Of a stretch of 32,000 nucleotides of DNA, positions 10,557 through 19,943 are shown piece after piece. The stretch lies in NCBI RefSeq assembly GCF_000306885.1, contig NC_018267.1:750001-782000 (forward strand), read 5' to 3'. Each line of letters begins with the position of its first letter. Position 1 is the stretch's first letter. Source of the DNA: Wolbachia endosymbiont of Onchocerca ochengi (GTDB lineage: Bacteria; Pseudomonadota; Alphaproteobacteria; Rickettsiales; Anaplasmataceae). Under the pieces are notes generated by a model that did no database searches, had not been told where the DNA came from, and saw only the letters and a program-made list of their open reading frames with translations. The position numbers were made by a program, and so were the translations under genes.

Positions 10557-11820
10557 AAAGCAATTTATTGGAATTCATTAAACATTGTAGGAAGTATTGT
10601 TATAAATTTCCACAGCTATGCTATTCATAGTATGATTTTTTGATGAATTTAGTGCAGTATTAGCATACTTATATAATGTAAACAAGAAAATTTATTTTAC
10701 AATTTTAATTGACATGGAACATTAACCTAGTTACTATTAGCATAGTATTAATATGTAAGGTAAAATTGGTTCTTTTACAATCTCACCCTCGTTAAAGCAT
10801 TTAATTATTACTTTTTTGCTATGTGCATTTGTTCTCACAAGAGGGGTATTTATTTATCCTATGAGTCTAGCAATTTGTAGTACTACTATAGCACCAACGC
10901 TTCATGTGGTAATTACCTCTATTTTCGTAGTTGTTGTTGCATTGAGCTCAGTAATATATCTTTCTAAGACGACTTTTTATGCAATAAATAATAAAAAGCA
11001 GAGGTCATATGTAATCTTCTTGAAAAAAGATTAAATGGTAATGGCGTTAGCACACAAATGCCAGCAGTAACAGCTATATCTTCGTCTTTATCTGCTTTAT
11101 GTTTAAAAGAGTCTACTATAACCAGTGTACCAATCTCTACTCCATTGTTATTTTCTACAGTTACATTACTTCAGTCTTCTCAGTTGGCACACTGCTTACA
11201 CCTTTCTCTTTCCTTCTTTTGCCACAAGTAAAAATGCGAGTGTAACGCTTATATCATCCTTCTTATTTACTAAGTCAAAGCGTGAATTTACCACCACCGT
11301 CACCTCTTCTCCTAAGCGGAAAACCTCTTAGTAGCAATGTACTAAAAAATTCCTCTATTACTAAACTCAAAAGCCACAATAAAAGTTTTTTTCAGAAGTA
11401 GTTGAAAGAAAGGTTGCAGAAGATAAAGGAAAAGATATAGCAAAAGTAAGCAGATATGAAATCCTATGAAAGAATTGGGATGTGAAAACTAAAAAGGTGA
11501 TAATAGCAATACCAAAAACGGAGGATACAAAATCAGAGTAACTAATAATTCTGTTTGTTATGTAATTTTAGAAGGTATCCATGAGAGTTGGTAATTAACG
11601 TAAAAAAAGAAGGAAATAGTAACATTCTTCTTATTTAGATAATATTAGCATATTCGATCCTCATAATTAACTAGCACAACAATTGCTAATAAACCTCTTG
11701 TAGTAGAAAGTAGTAACGTGATTCCAGTGGGGGAATAGTGAATCGAAAAAGCTTATTTTCTTTTTAAAGGGTAATCAAAAAACACCTGAGTGCGTTAATA
11801 AATAAAAGAGATTATAAGGT

Positions 11821-11852
11821 AAAGGGAAAGTACTACACTTTCCTTTTTTTTT
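11821..11852. terminator. bidirectional intrinsic terminator (A-tract / 7-bp stem / T9)
   Basis: AAAG GGAAAGT ACTAC ACTTTCC TTTTTTTTT. The perfect stem pairs 11825-11831 with 11837-11843, with a 5-nt loop and a 9-T run on the + strand (11844-11852). The T-run overlaps the TAA stop of the minus-strand ABC gene. On the minus strand the hairpin directly follows that stop and is followed by CTTTACCTT. Confidence 0.5.
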
Positions 11853-13620
11853 AGCCATTTGCTGAAGACTGTTCACTTTCTGTAGTGTTGTTTGACGATG
11901 AAGCAACTAATTTGCTTAAAATCTCGTCTTTTGGCCCCATACTATAAATAGTACCATCTGACATAAGAATAACTTTATCAACCACGGATAATAACAGTAG
12001 CTTATGAGTTATAATTATAGTAGTGGTGTTTTGCTTTTTTGCAGCGTTGATCGCTTTAATTAAGCATGCTTCTCCATTACTGTCTAAGTTAGCATTTGGC
12101 TCATCAAGTACTAAAAGTTTCGTATTACCATAAAAAGCTCTTGCAAGACCAAGTAGCTGTTTCTGTCCACCAGAAAGTGTCACTCCAAAGCTTCCTATTG
12201 TTGTATCATATCCGTTTGGTAAACTTAGTATTAATTCATGTATTCCTGTAATTTTTGCTGCTTTAATTATTTCCTCAGGATTTGGATTTGGTCTCATACG
12301 TGCAATATTAGCTTTAACGCTGGTGTTGAATAGTTCAATATCTTGAGGTAAATAGCCAACATAGTTACCAAAATTTTCTCGGTTCCAAGTATATACATCA
12401 GCACCATCCAGCTTTACTACACCAGATATAGGTTTCCATATACCAACAGTTAATTTTGCGATGGTTGATTTACCAGAGGCACTTGTACCGATAACACCAA
12501 CTATATCTCCTGGTTCTATTACAAACGATATACCCTTTATCGTTGGTTTATTGCTCCCATAAGGAGTAAAAAATACTCTATCAAATTCTAATTTTCCTTT
12601 AGGCTCTGGTAGAGACAGAGTCTGTTCCCTTTTTGGCGATGTTAATATAAGTCTTTGCAGCCTATCATAAGATATTATGGCTTGATTTAAAAACTTCCAA
12701 GTATGGACTGCTGCATCAAATGGAGCTAATACCCTGCCCATTAAAATGGAGGCAGCAATGATGCTACCAGCAGTCTTATGAGATGTAATTGCGAGTAGCG
12801 CGCCTGTTCCAATTACTGATATTTGTAGAGTTGAGCGTAAAAACTTAGTAATTCCAGTAATTACATTAGAACGATTCTGTGCTTTGATTTGCATCATGCG
12901 GGTTTGATCATTCCGTTTACACCAATCAGAAACTATGAATTCTGACATACCCATAGCTTCAACTACTTCTGCATTTCTTGTTGCAACATCTATAGCATTG
13001 ATATTCCGTATAGTTTCTTCGTTGGTTTCTTGCAATATGCGTTTAGTAGCGAGTTCATTCCACATTGCCATGGAGATCAATATAACGATTCCAGCAATAG
13101 CTATAAATCCCGTAGAGGTATGTATCATAAAGATCACACCAAGGTAAATCAATGACCATGGAGTATCAAATAACGAAAATATACCATTTCCTACAATAAA
13201 ATTCTTTATCACCCCAAGATCCCGTATTGCTTCACCGCTGGAAGTCAAGCTCTGCACTGATGTTAGCCTGATTGATCTTATTATTAGATCTGGTGTTGCA
13301 GTTCTATCAATCCAATCACCGATTTTTGCCATAGCTAAGCATCGACAGATTTCAAGCATTGCAGAACAGGCAAATGCAGATAAGGTAATAATTGTTAACA
13401 TAACTAGCGTCGATACGCTTCCGCTTGATATTACCCGATCAAGCACTTGAGAGGTATAAAGTGGCAAGAATAGCATTAACAAGTTAATTCCTGAACTAAA
13501 CCAAAAAATAAACCAAAATGCACTCTTGCACTTTTCTAGGCAAATATATAGAGTACTTTGCTTCAATTCTTTTTTTATTGATGGGGTGATTTCCACAGTC
13601 TTTCTTTTAATTACATGCAC
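11851..13620 (-). CDS. type I secretion system permease/ATPase (PrtD/HlyB-type ABC exporter, no C39 peptidase domain)
   Basis: 589-aa ORF with a GTG start. N-terminal 6-TM domain with LPLYTSQVLDRVISSGS, typical of T1SS ABC proteins. It has Walker A GTSASGKST, signature LSGGQKQ and Walker B LLVLDEPNANLD. Confidence 0.88.
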   Translation of the reverse strand: MHVIKRKTVEITPSIKKELKQSTLYICLEKCKSAFWFIFWFSSGINLLMLFLPLYTSQVLDRVISSGSVSTLVMLTIITLSAFACSAMLEICRCLAMAKIGDWIDRTATPDLIIRSIRLTSVQSLTSSGEAIRDLGVIKNFIVGNGIFSLFDTPWSLIYLGVIFMIHTSTGFIAIAGIVILISMAMWNELATKRILQETNEETIRNINAIDVATRNAEVVEAMGMSEFIVSDWCKRNDQTRMMQIKAQNRSNVITGITKFLRSTLQISVIGTGALLAITSHKTAGSIIAASILMGRVLAPFDAAVHTWKFLNQAIISYDRLQRLILTSPKREQTLSLPEPKGKLEFDRVFFTPYGSNKPTIKGISFVIEPGDIVGVIGTSASGKSTIAKLTVGIWKPISGVVKLDGADVYTWNRENFGNYVGYLPQDIELFNTSVKANIARMRPNPNPEEIIKAAKITGIHELILSLPNGYDTTIGSFGVTLSGGQKQLLGLARAFYGNTKLLVLDEPNANLDSNGEACLIKAINAAKKQNTTTIIITHKLLLLSVVDKVILMSDGTIYSMGPKDEILSKLVASSSNNTTESEQSSANG

Positions 13621-13768
13621 CGCATATATAGTTTTTATTGCAAAAATATTAACAGAAGTTGGTTAACTTTAAGTTAATAAAATATTAATATACATAAATA
13701 AAAAATATAAACAACAGTAATCAAAAGAGATAGATTTTTTTTATTGCCTAATCTAGAGCTGAAGACTT

Positions 13769-14776
13769 TCAATAATTTTCCAATTCCCATTTTGGCCTTG
13801 GCGCAAAATTGAGCGGATCTATATAGTTCCTCTTCAATCTTTCAATTCCTGCCCATCCAACCATTATTGCATTGTCTGTACATAGATTACTTGGGGGGGA
13901 AAATATGTTTAAGTTTATGTATTTTTTTAATTTTCCTTTTAGAAAGTTATTTGCTGCAACCCCACCAGTAATTACAAGATCTTTGATTTTAATATTTAAA
14001 GATGCAGCCATAATAATCGCATTTTTGACTCTATCAAGTAGTATATCACTAATACACTCTTGAAACGAAGCACATACATCATACGCGTCTTGCTCGTCCA
14101 TCTTAAGCTTCTGCACTAAGTTTTTTACTGATGTCTTGATTCCAGAAAAAGAAAAATTACATCCAGAACGTTTTATCATTGCCCTTGGAAGCTTAAATCT
14201 TGTACTATCACCTTTCTTAGCTAATTTTTCTATCAATGGTCCTCCCGGATAGTTTAAGTTTAGCATCTTGGCAACTTTATCAAACGCTTCACCTAACGAA
14301 TCATCTAATGTTTCTCCGAGTTTAATATATTTACCTACATCTTGCGCGATTAAAAGTTGACAGTGACCACCTGATATTAACAAAACCAAAAATGGAAATT
14401 CGACCTCATAAAGTAACCTAATAACCAATGCATGTGCTTCTAAGTGATTAACAGCAATGAACGGTTTTTGTGTTACATGCGCAATCGCTTTAGTCATCAT
14501 TGTACCGACTATTAATCCACCTATGAGTCCTGGTCCTGATGTCGCCGCAACTGCATCCAAATCGCAAAAGTTAATGTTAGACTTGTTTATAGCACTTTTT
14601 ATTAGATCACTTAAATGTTCCATATGAGCACGTGACGCTATTTCAGGGATTATTCCACCACGCTCTTTATGCTCTGTTTGAGAAAGAATTTGATGAGTGA
14701 GGACTTGCTTAGCACTATTTATGATTACTACTGCGGTTTCATCGCAGCTTGTTTCAACAGCTAAAATGGTCTTCAT
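13769..14776 (-). CDS. tsaD: tRNA N6-adenosine threonylcarbamoyltransferase TsaD (Gcp/Kae1 family)
   Basis: 335-aa ORF: MKTILAVETSCDETA, SRAHMEHL, AATSGPGLIGGLIVG, VNHLEAH and ISGGHCQL are the canonical TsaD motifs. Confidence 0.93.
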   Translation of the reverse strand: MKTILAVETSCDETAVVIINSAKQVLTHQILSQTEHKERGGIIPEIASRAHMEHLSDLIKSAINKSNINFCDLDAVAATSGPGLIGGLIVGTMMTKAIAHVTQKPFIAVNHLEAHALVIRLLYEVEFPFLVLLISGGHCQLLIAQDVGKYIKLGETLDDSLGEAFDKVAKMLNLNYPGGPLIEKLAKKGDSTRFKLPRAMIKRSGCNFSFSGIKTSVKNLVQKLKMDEQDAYDVCASFQECISDILLDRVKNAIIMAASLNIKIKDLVITGGVAANNFLKGKLKKYINLNIFSPPSNLCTDNAIMVGWAGIERLKRNYIDPLNFAPRPKWELENY

Positions 14777-15254
14777 TTGTGTTTGGTTACTGTATTACTA
14801 AACTATACTTTGAAATGCCTTAAAAGTTAACTGCATTCTGATAAATTAATCATCATTTTCAAATATAGGGCTAATTTTTTATTTCCAGGAAAAAAAAGTT
14901 TACTAGTTCAGCTGCTTTGCACTTTAGCTACATCTTTAACGTTAATTTGGTACTATATTTATTTACTTCATTACCTATAATATTTACTCTTAGATAATTT
15001 ATGTGCACGTGATTTTGCAGTTTGATAGGCTTATATTCCCTTTAATATGGCTTAATCAGCAATTATTCGTGCAGGAGAACATCTACTACTTGTTTCAGGT
15101 TTTGCTCGATCCTTAATAAACTTTATTGAGAAAACTCTTGCTCCAGGTTAAGTTAAACTTGTTTTCAACCATATATAAAAGTTTATATACTGTAGTATGG
15201 ATTTATTTTTCTCAGAACAAGAATATATCTATCTACACTAAGGACTAAATTGTC

Positions 15255-15274
15255 TTATATACTCCTTTTTCATA
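15255..15274. repeat. copy 2 of the 20-nt exact repeat TTATATACTCCTTTTTCATA (first copy at 4411..4430)
   Basis: Read directly from the sequence. It lies in the tsaD-hlyD spacer. Confidence 0.8.
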
Positions 15275-15632
15275 TTCGCTAGTCTTTTTCAAGATACACT
15301 TCAAGCGAGAGTCTATTTGGCCTTATTAAAGGAGATAAGGTGAGGCTTAATGTGCTTTAAATTTCTTAAATTAGTAAAGATACTCAGTATATTGCACTGC
15401 ATTCTCACTATTTTCTACTCAAGTTACCTATTTTATTACTAAATTAAATATTTTTCACACTTAGGAATTGATCCATTATAAAGAGTTTTCAGAAGAGTTA
15501 TTATAGATGTAGTTGAAATACTAAACATAATTTGATTCTATGAACATAGACCTATAAGAAGGCTATTATCAAAATAGCTAAGCGGTACTTAAATATTATT
15601 ACGAAAAAAGTCTATTTACTCTAACGAGTTAT

Positions 15633-17072
15633 CTACCTTTCTATAAAAGATCTATCAACTGTTGCAATTATAGGTGCAAATAAGAATGATAAAAGAGTGC
15701 GGGATTGGGTAACTATATATACTTCTGCTGGCATACCAGGATATAGATATACATTCTTAAATTGAGCAAGCTCTGATTTTGGTATCACTACACGTACTGA
15801 GTAATAACGTCCTAATTTTGGGTCATCAAGAGCATCAGGAGAAATATGGCTTACTATACCATTAATTAAACTTAAACGACGCGCACTGTAAGCACTCAGC
15901 CTTACTTTGACTTTTAACCCTTCTAATCCGTCAATGGAGATTATATTGGTACCTTTTTTTTGTGCTGATATTATTTCCTCTATATTTCTAGTCTGAATTT
16001 TAGTATCTATTATTAAATCATCATTAGACGGCACTACGCTCATAACTGGAACTCCAGATTGTATAACACCGCCTTCAGTATGGTATCTTATGTCTGTAAC
16101 TATTCCATCTTGAGGCGATCTAATTACTGTGCGCGCTAACGTGTCTTCTGCAACCATTAACCTCTCTCTTAAGTCAGCGATAGATGTACTGATTTCCTTA
16201 AGTTCGGTGTTTGCTTTTTCTTGAGAATCGTTTCTTACGTTTACGATCTCTAATTCATTTTCTCCGATTTTTTGCTGTGCTCGAGATATTGCAGCGCGGT
16301 AATGACCGACTCTACCTTCAATTTCAGCAAGCTGTTTTTTCAAAGCGAAGATATGCGACTTGCCTATATAGCCATTGCTAAGAAGCTGTTTATTTATTTC
16401 CAGTTCCTCAGCTATTAAGCTGTATTGTTTAAGAGCTGCATCTAGTTGATAATTCAGTCCTACTAATTCGTCATGTAGCTGTTTTATGCGTTGTTGCAGT
16501 ACACCAGTTTTTCCTAATTCACTCTTGCGCTGAGAATAAAATAATTCTATCTGATTTTTTACCACTCTGTTTACAAGCTCACTGTTAGACAACTTTTTAA
16601 CTTCATCAGGAAACTCAATTTTGTCTAATCCTGCCCTAATAGCAATCAATCTTGCTTCAGTTGTCAAAAGCGATAAGAGCTTCTCTTTAGCTATACTTAA
16701 ATTTGCCTTCTCATTAACATCGTTTAGTAAAACTAAAGGCTCATTTTTTTTGACTGCTTGACCCTCTTTGACTAAAATTTTGCTTATTATTCCTCCTCCT
16801 AAATGCTGAACTACTTTTCTGCTTGAAGATACAATAACTTCTCCGCTTGCACGTACTGCTCCATCAATTGGAGCTACAGCTGACCAAATGCCTCCTACTC
16901 CAAAAAAGATGAATATTACCACCAAGCCAAAAAATAGCGGTCCCCATGTTATTCTCAGGACTTCATTTACGTTATTTCCCTTACGTTTTAAAATAAAAGT
17001 TGTCATCATATCAATTAATATGAAAGTTCTATCTAAAAACTTTGGATTTTTTTTCTTTCTTATCTCTTGCAT
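15633..17072 (-). CDS. HlyD-family type I secretion periplasmic adaptor (membrane fusion protein)
   Basis: ORF 15633..17108. It has a single N-terminal TM segment (WGPLFFGLVVIFIFFGVGGIW), then IDGAVRASGEVIVSS, a long coiled-coil, and the C-terminal barrel GMPAEVYI. The track start at 17108 is TTG. The in-frame ATG at 17072 (MQEIRKKK...) is preferred. Confidence 0.88.
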   Translation of the reverse strand: MQEIRKKKNPKFLDRTFILIDMMTTFILKRKGNNVNEVLRITWGPLFFGLVVIFIFFGVGGIWSAVAPIDGAVRASGEVIVSSSRKVVQHLGGGIISKILVKEGQAVKKNEPLVLLNDVNEKANLSIAKEKLLSLLTTEARLIAIRAGLDKIEFPDEVKKLSNSELVNRVVKNQIELFYSQRKSELGKTGVLQQRIKQLHDELVGLNYQLDAALKQYSLIAEELEINKQLLSNGYIGKSHIFALKKQLAEIEGRVGHYRAAISRAQQKIGENELEIVNVRNDSQEKANTELKEISTSIADLRERLMVAEDTLARTVIRSPQDGIVTDIRYHTEGGVIQSGVPVMSVVPSNDDLIIDTKIQTRNIEEIISAQKKGTNIISIDGLEGLKVKVRLSAYSARRLSLINGIVSHISPDALDDPKLGRYYSVRVVIPKSELAQFKNVYLYPGMPAEVYIVTQSRTLLSFLFAPIIATVDRSFIER

Positions 17073-17379
17073 ATTTATATTATCACTATGGCCAAGGAAC
17101 CCTGTCAAAGAAAATCCAGTGCTCAGTTTTTTTTAACTTACTTATTATACATTACTGTGGGCTTATATTAGTACTAAGGTAATATGCAAAAACTAAGAAA
17201 TTCATGACTTAAGCATCTAATTTAGACTGGAGCATCAGAATCAATCGTTTAATAACAACAATTTTGCTATATTTTATCTAAACTAAGACTTTTAGTGAGT
17301 ACCAAAGCTGTTTATGTATATAAGAAACCCATTGCTAACTAAACAATGTTCTGCTAGTAATCAGAAAAATGAAGTCATT

Positions 17380-18114
17380 ATGTTTCAATTGGAAAGTAGA
17401 AAGTTTCTTGTTACTGGTGCTTCAGGTGGGATAGGTCGAGCAATTGTAGAAGTTATGCATAAAGCCGGAGCAATTTTATGTATCTCTGGTACAAAAAGAG
17501 AGATTCTCGAAGGAATTGCTAAGCAGTATAAAAAGAACATGCATGTACTTCCTTGTAACTTATCAAATGCTGAGGAAGTAAATCAACTAGTAAACAAAGC
17601 AAGCGAGTTGATGGCAGGTTTTGATGGGCTTGTATGCAATGCAGGTATTACACGGGATGGTCTGCTATTGAGAATGACAGACGAAGCATGGCAAAAAGTA
17701 ATTGATATTAACCTAAACTCCACGTTTAAGTTGAGTAGAGAAGCGTGTAGGAAACTAATTAAAAATAACTGGGGAAGGATTATAAATATTTCTTCAATAG
17801 TAGGATTAACAGGGAATGTTGGACAAGCAAATTATGCAGCGTCAAAAGCTGGAATAATAGCTATGAGCAAATCTATAGCGAAAGAGGTTGCAAGTCGGAA
17901 TATAACAGTTAATTGTGTTGCTCCTGGGTTTATAGTCACTAAGATGACTGAAGTTTTAACTAAAGAACAAAAGAAAAAAATATTAGATAATATTCCAATG
18001 AAAAAAATGGGAACAGTAGAAGAAGTAGCAGCAGGGGTTCTATTTTTAGCAAGTGATGAGGCAAAATATATTACAGGACATGTGCTAAATATTAATGGCG
18101 GTTTATTTATGTAG
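17380..18114 (+). CDS. fabG: 3-oxoacyl-[ACP] reductase (SDR family)
   Basis: ORF 17314..18114. It has TGASGGIGRAI (the NAD(P) site), NAGITRD, the catalytic YAASKAG and the C-terminus ITGHVLNINGGLFM. ATG at 17380 (MFQLESRKFLVTGASGG) gives the usual length of about 244 aa. Confidence 0.9.
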   Translation: MFQLESRKFLVTGASGGIGRAIVEVMHKAGAILCISGTKREILEGIAKQYKKNMHVLPCNLSNAEEVNQLVNKASELMAGFDGLVCNAGITRDGLLLRMTDEAWQKVIDINLNSTFKLSREACRKLIKNNWGRIINISSIVGLTGNVGQANYAASKAGIIAMSKSIAKEVASRNITVNCVAPGFIVTKMTEVLTKEQKKKILDNIPMKKMGTVEEVAAGVLFLASDEAKYITGHVLNINGGLFM

Positions 18115-18215
18115 TAAAATCTTACTTATGGACAAGCTATAGACTTTACTTTAAAATAAGTATGCATAAACTAAAATTAGTTTTACTACATTAGTTTATT
18201 ATCAAAGGCAAAAAA

Positions 18216-18563
18216 ATGGGCTCTATAATAAGAAAATTTTTAAATATCTTATATGTGATATTGCTTTTCTTAGGTTATCCAACTACTTCTGGTGGTGGAG
18301 GTACTGATATAGATGATACAACTGCTCAAGTGATATGTAACATTATTGGTTATATTTGGGGGATAGGTGGTCCACTGATGACCGTGGTAATAATCGGTGC
18401 ATCCTTGCTTGCAATATTTGGGAGAATGCCTTGGCCAGCTCTCTTTGCTTTAGGCGTGTTTTGTGGTGTTTTTTTTGGTGCTAAGACAATCATAATGAAG
18501 GTTATACCTAATATGAATGATAGTGTAAAAGTTATGCTGGAAAACTGTGGAACGAAAAAATAG
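18216..18563 (+). CDS. virB2: TrbC/VirB2-family type IV secretion pilin-like protein
   Basis: 115-aa ORF with a signal-like N-terminus, then AQVICNIIGYIWGIGGPLMTVVIIGASLLAIFGRMPWPALFALGVFCGVFFGAKTII. That is two hydrophobic helices around a FGR..WP turn, the pattern I recall for Anaplasmataceae/Rickettsiales VirB2 paralogs. The call rests on pattern and memory only. Confidence 0.6.
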   Translation: MGSIIRKFLNILYVILLFLGYPTTSGGGGTDIDDTTAQVICNIIGYIWGIGGPLMTVVIIGASLLAIFGRMPWPALFALGVFCGVFFGAKTIIMKVIPNMNDSVKVMLENCGTKK

Positions 18564-18591
18564 TAAAATTGATAATGTATTAAAATACTTA

Positions 18592-19872
18592 TTATTTATT
18601 AAATTGTCTCATATCTTCAATTTGTAATAAGTAGGGACTGGCTTTTGGTAAAGTTTTAATAGCTAACTTAGCATATTTTATGAATTGTTCTAAATTACCT
18701 TCAATATAAGCTTTTTTTGTTAAAGCAAAATAATGCATTGCTATATCAGCATTACGTTTGTATGCAATACTTAAATACTTCCAAATAAAGGTGTTACTCG
18801 GTTCTGTACTTGCGATTTGCTCTAGGTAAAAAATTGCCCTCTTTACATCTCCGTATAATAGTAGAGTATGAGATAATGCAAGTTTCACCAGATAGCTGTT
18901 CCTCTCAGATAAATACTTTAGTGATTCTTCATAAGTTTTTATTGCTTCACTTAGATTTCCAGCCTTATACAACATTTCTGCTTTTAATTCATATAGATAT
19001 GGGTCACTATGTGACTTCTGAGCTAACGAATCAATTATAGCAATGGCCTCTTTTATCTTTCCTTGCCTGTAGTGAACTATAGCATTTACGCATTCAGAAT
19101 TATCTTCATATTTATCAGATAATACATGGATAGGAGAAAAGAAAGAATCTAGCTTTGCGACTATATGCTTAAATTTTAATAATTTATCTGCGAGAATTGG
19201 CTTTACATCGTTTTTAACCTTATAATTCTGTACAGCAATTATGCGCTTATCACTAAGTGGATGAGTGCGAAAGTACCCTTTGGTATTTTCGTGCTCAACA
19301 CTCTTTAAGTAGCCAAAAATCTTTTTCATACCTGAATTATCATAACCGGATTTATCAAGGTACCTTAACGCATACCTATCTGCTGCACTTTCTTGCTCTT
19401 GAGAATATTTAAAAAACAATCTTGAGCCGAGTGCTATACCACTTAGCAAAATTGTATTAGTAACCTGAGGATTAATAATAATAGTCGAAACCAGTCCCAT
19501 CATACAGCCAATCATTGCTATTGATTGTAAATGACTTACAGTAACACTCATCTGTAATATATGACCAGCAGATATATGAGCGATCTCATGTGCTAATATG
19601 CCAAGCAAAACGTATGGTTCAGTTGAGTATCGTAAAAGTCCTAAGTGAATGAAAATATTATTATTATCAATAATAAAAGCATTAATTGAATTGTCATTAA
19701 CTATGAAAACTCTTACCTGGTCACCATCAATACCCGCAGCAGAAAATAGTGGCTGTGCTAGTTCTTTCACCATTGCTTCTACTTCACTGTCTTCTATAAT
19801 ATTAACAGAGTAAACATTATCGTAACATGCAAAAAAAAATAATAAGGTAAAAACTTTGATAATTTTAAACAT
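18592..19872 (-). CDS. M48-family zinc metallopeptidase with C-terminal TPR repeats (BepA-like), secreted/periplasmic
   Basis: 426-aa ORF with a signal peptide (MFKIIKVFTLLFFFACYDNVYS), the HEXXH site LAHEIAHISAGH and a downstream ESAADRYAL. The C-terminal half is TPR-like (AEMLYKAGNLSEAIKTYEESL...). Confidence 0.8.
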   Translation of the reverse strand: MFKIIKVFTLLFFFACYDNVYSVNIIEDSEVEAMVKELAQPLFSAAGIDGDQVRVFIVNDNSINAFIIDNNNIFIHLGLLRYSTEPYVLLGILAHEIAHISAGHILQMSVTVSHLQSIAMIGCMMGLVSTIIINPQVTNTILLSGIALGSRLFFKYSQEQESAADRYALRYLDKSGYDNSGMKKIFGYLKSVEHENTKGYFRTHPLSDKRIIAVQNYKVKNDVKPILADKLLKFKHIVAKLDSFFSPIHVLSDKYEDNSECVNAIVHYRQGKIKEAIAIIDSLAQKSHSDPYLYELKAEMLYKAGNLSEAIKTYEESLKYLSERNSYLVKLALSHTLLLYGDVKRAIFYLEQIASTEPSNTFIWKYLSIAYKRNADIAMHYFALTKKAYIEGNLEQFIKYAKLAIKTLPKASPYLLQIEDMRQFNK

Positions 19873-19943
19873 AAGAATTCTGTATTTGCATAATTTTTAT
19901 GGGTTTTACATCTTAACACTTAAATTATATGAATTTATAAACG

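Noticed and set aside
14990-15276. Minus-strand reading MKKEYIRQFSP*…*PGARVFSIKFIKDRAKPETSSRCSPARIIAD*AILKGI* in the tsaD-hlyD spacer, as a further PDDEXK_2-like N-terminus.
   Set aside because: There are about 6 stops in about 95 codons, against roughly 8 expected by chance for this composition, so it is not significantly open. The residue matches are vague, and the plus strand of the same stretch can be 'matched' equally loosely. I kept only the objective 20-nt repeat as a finding.
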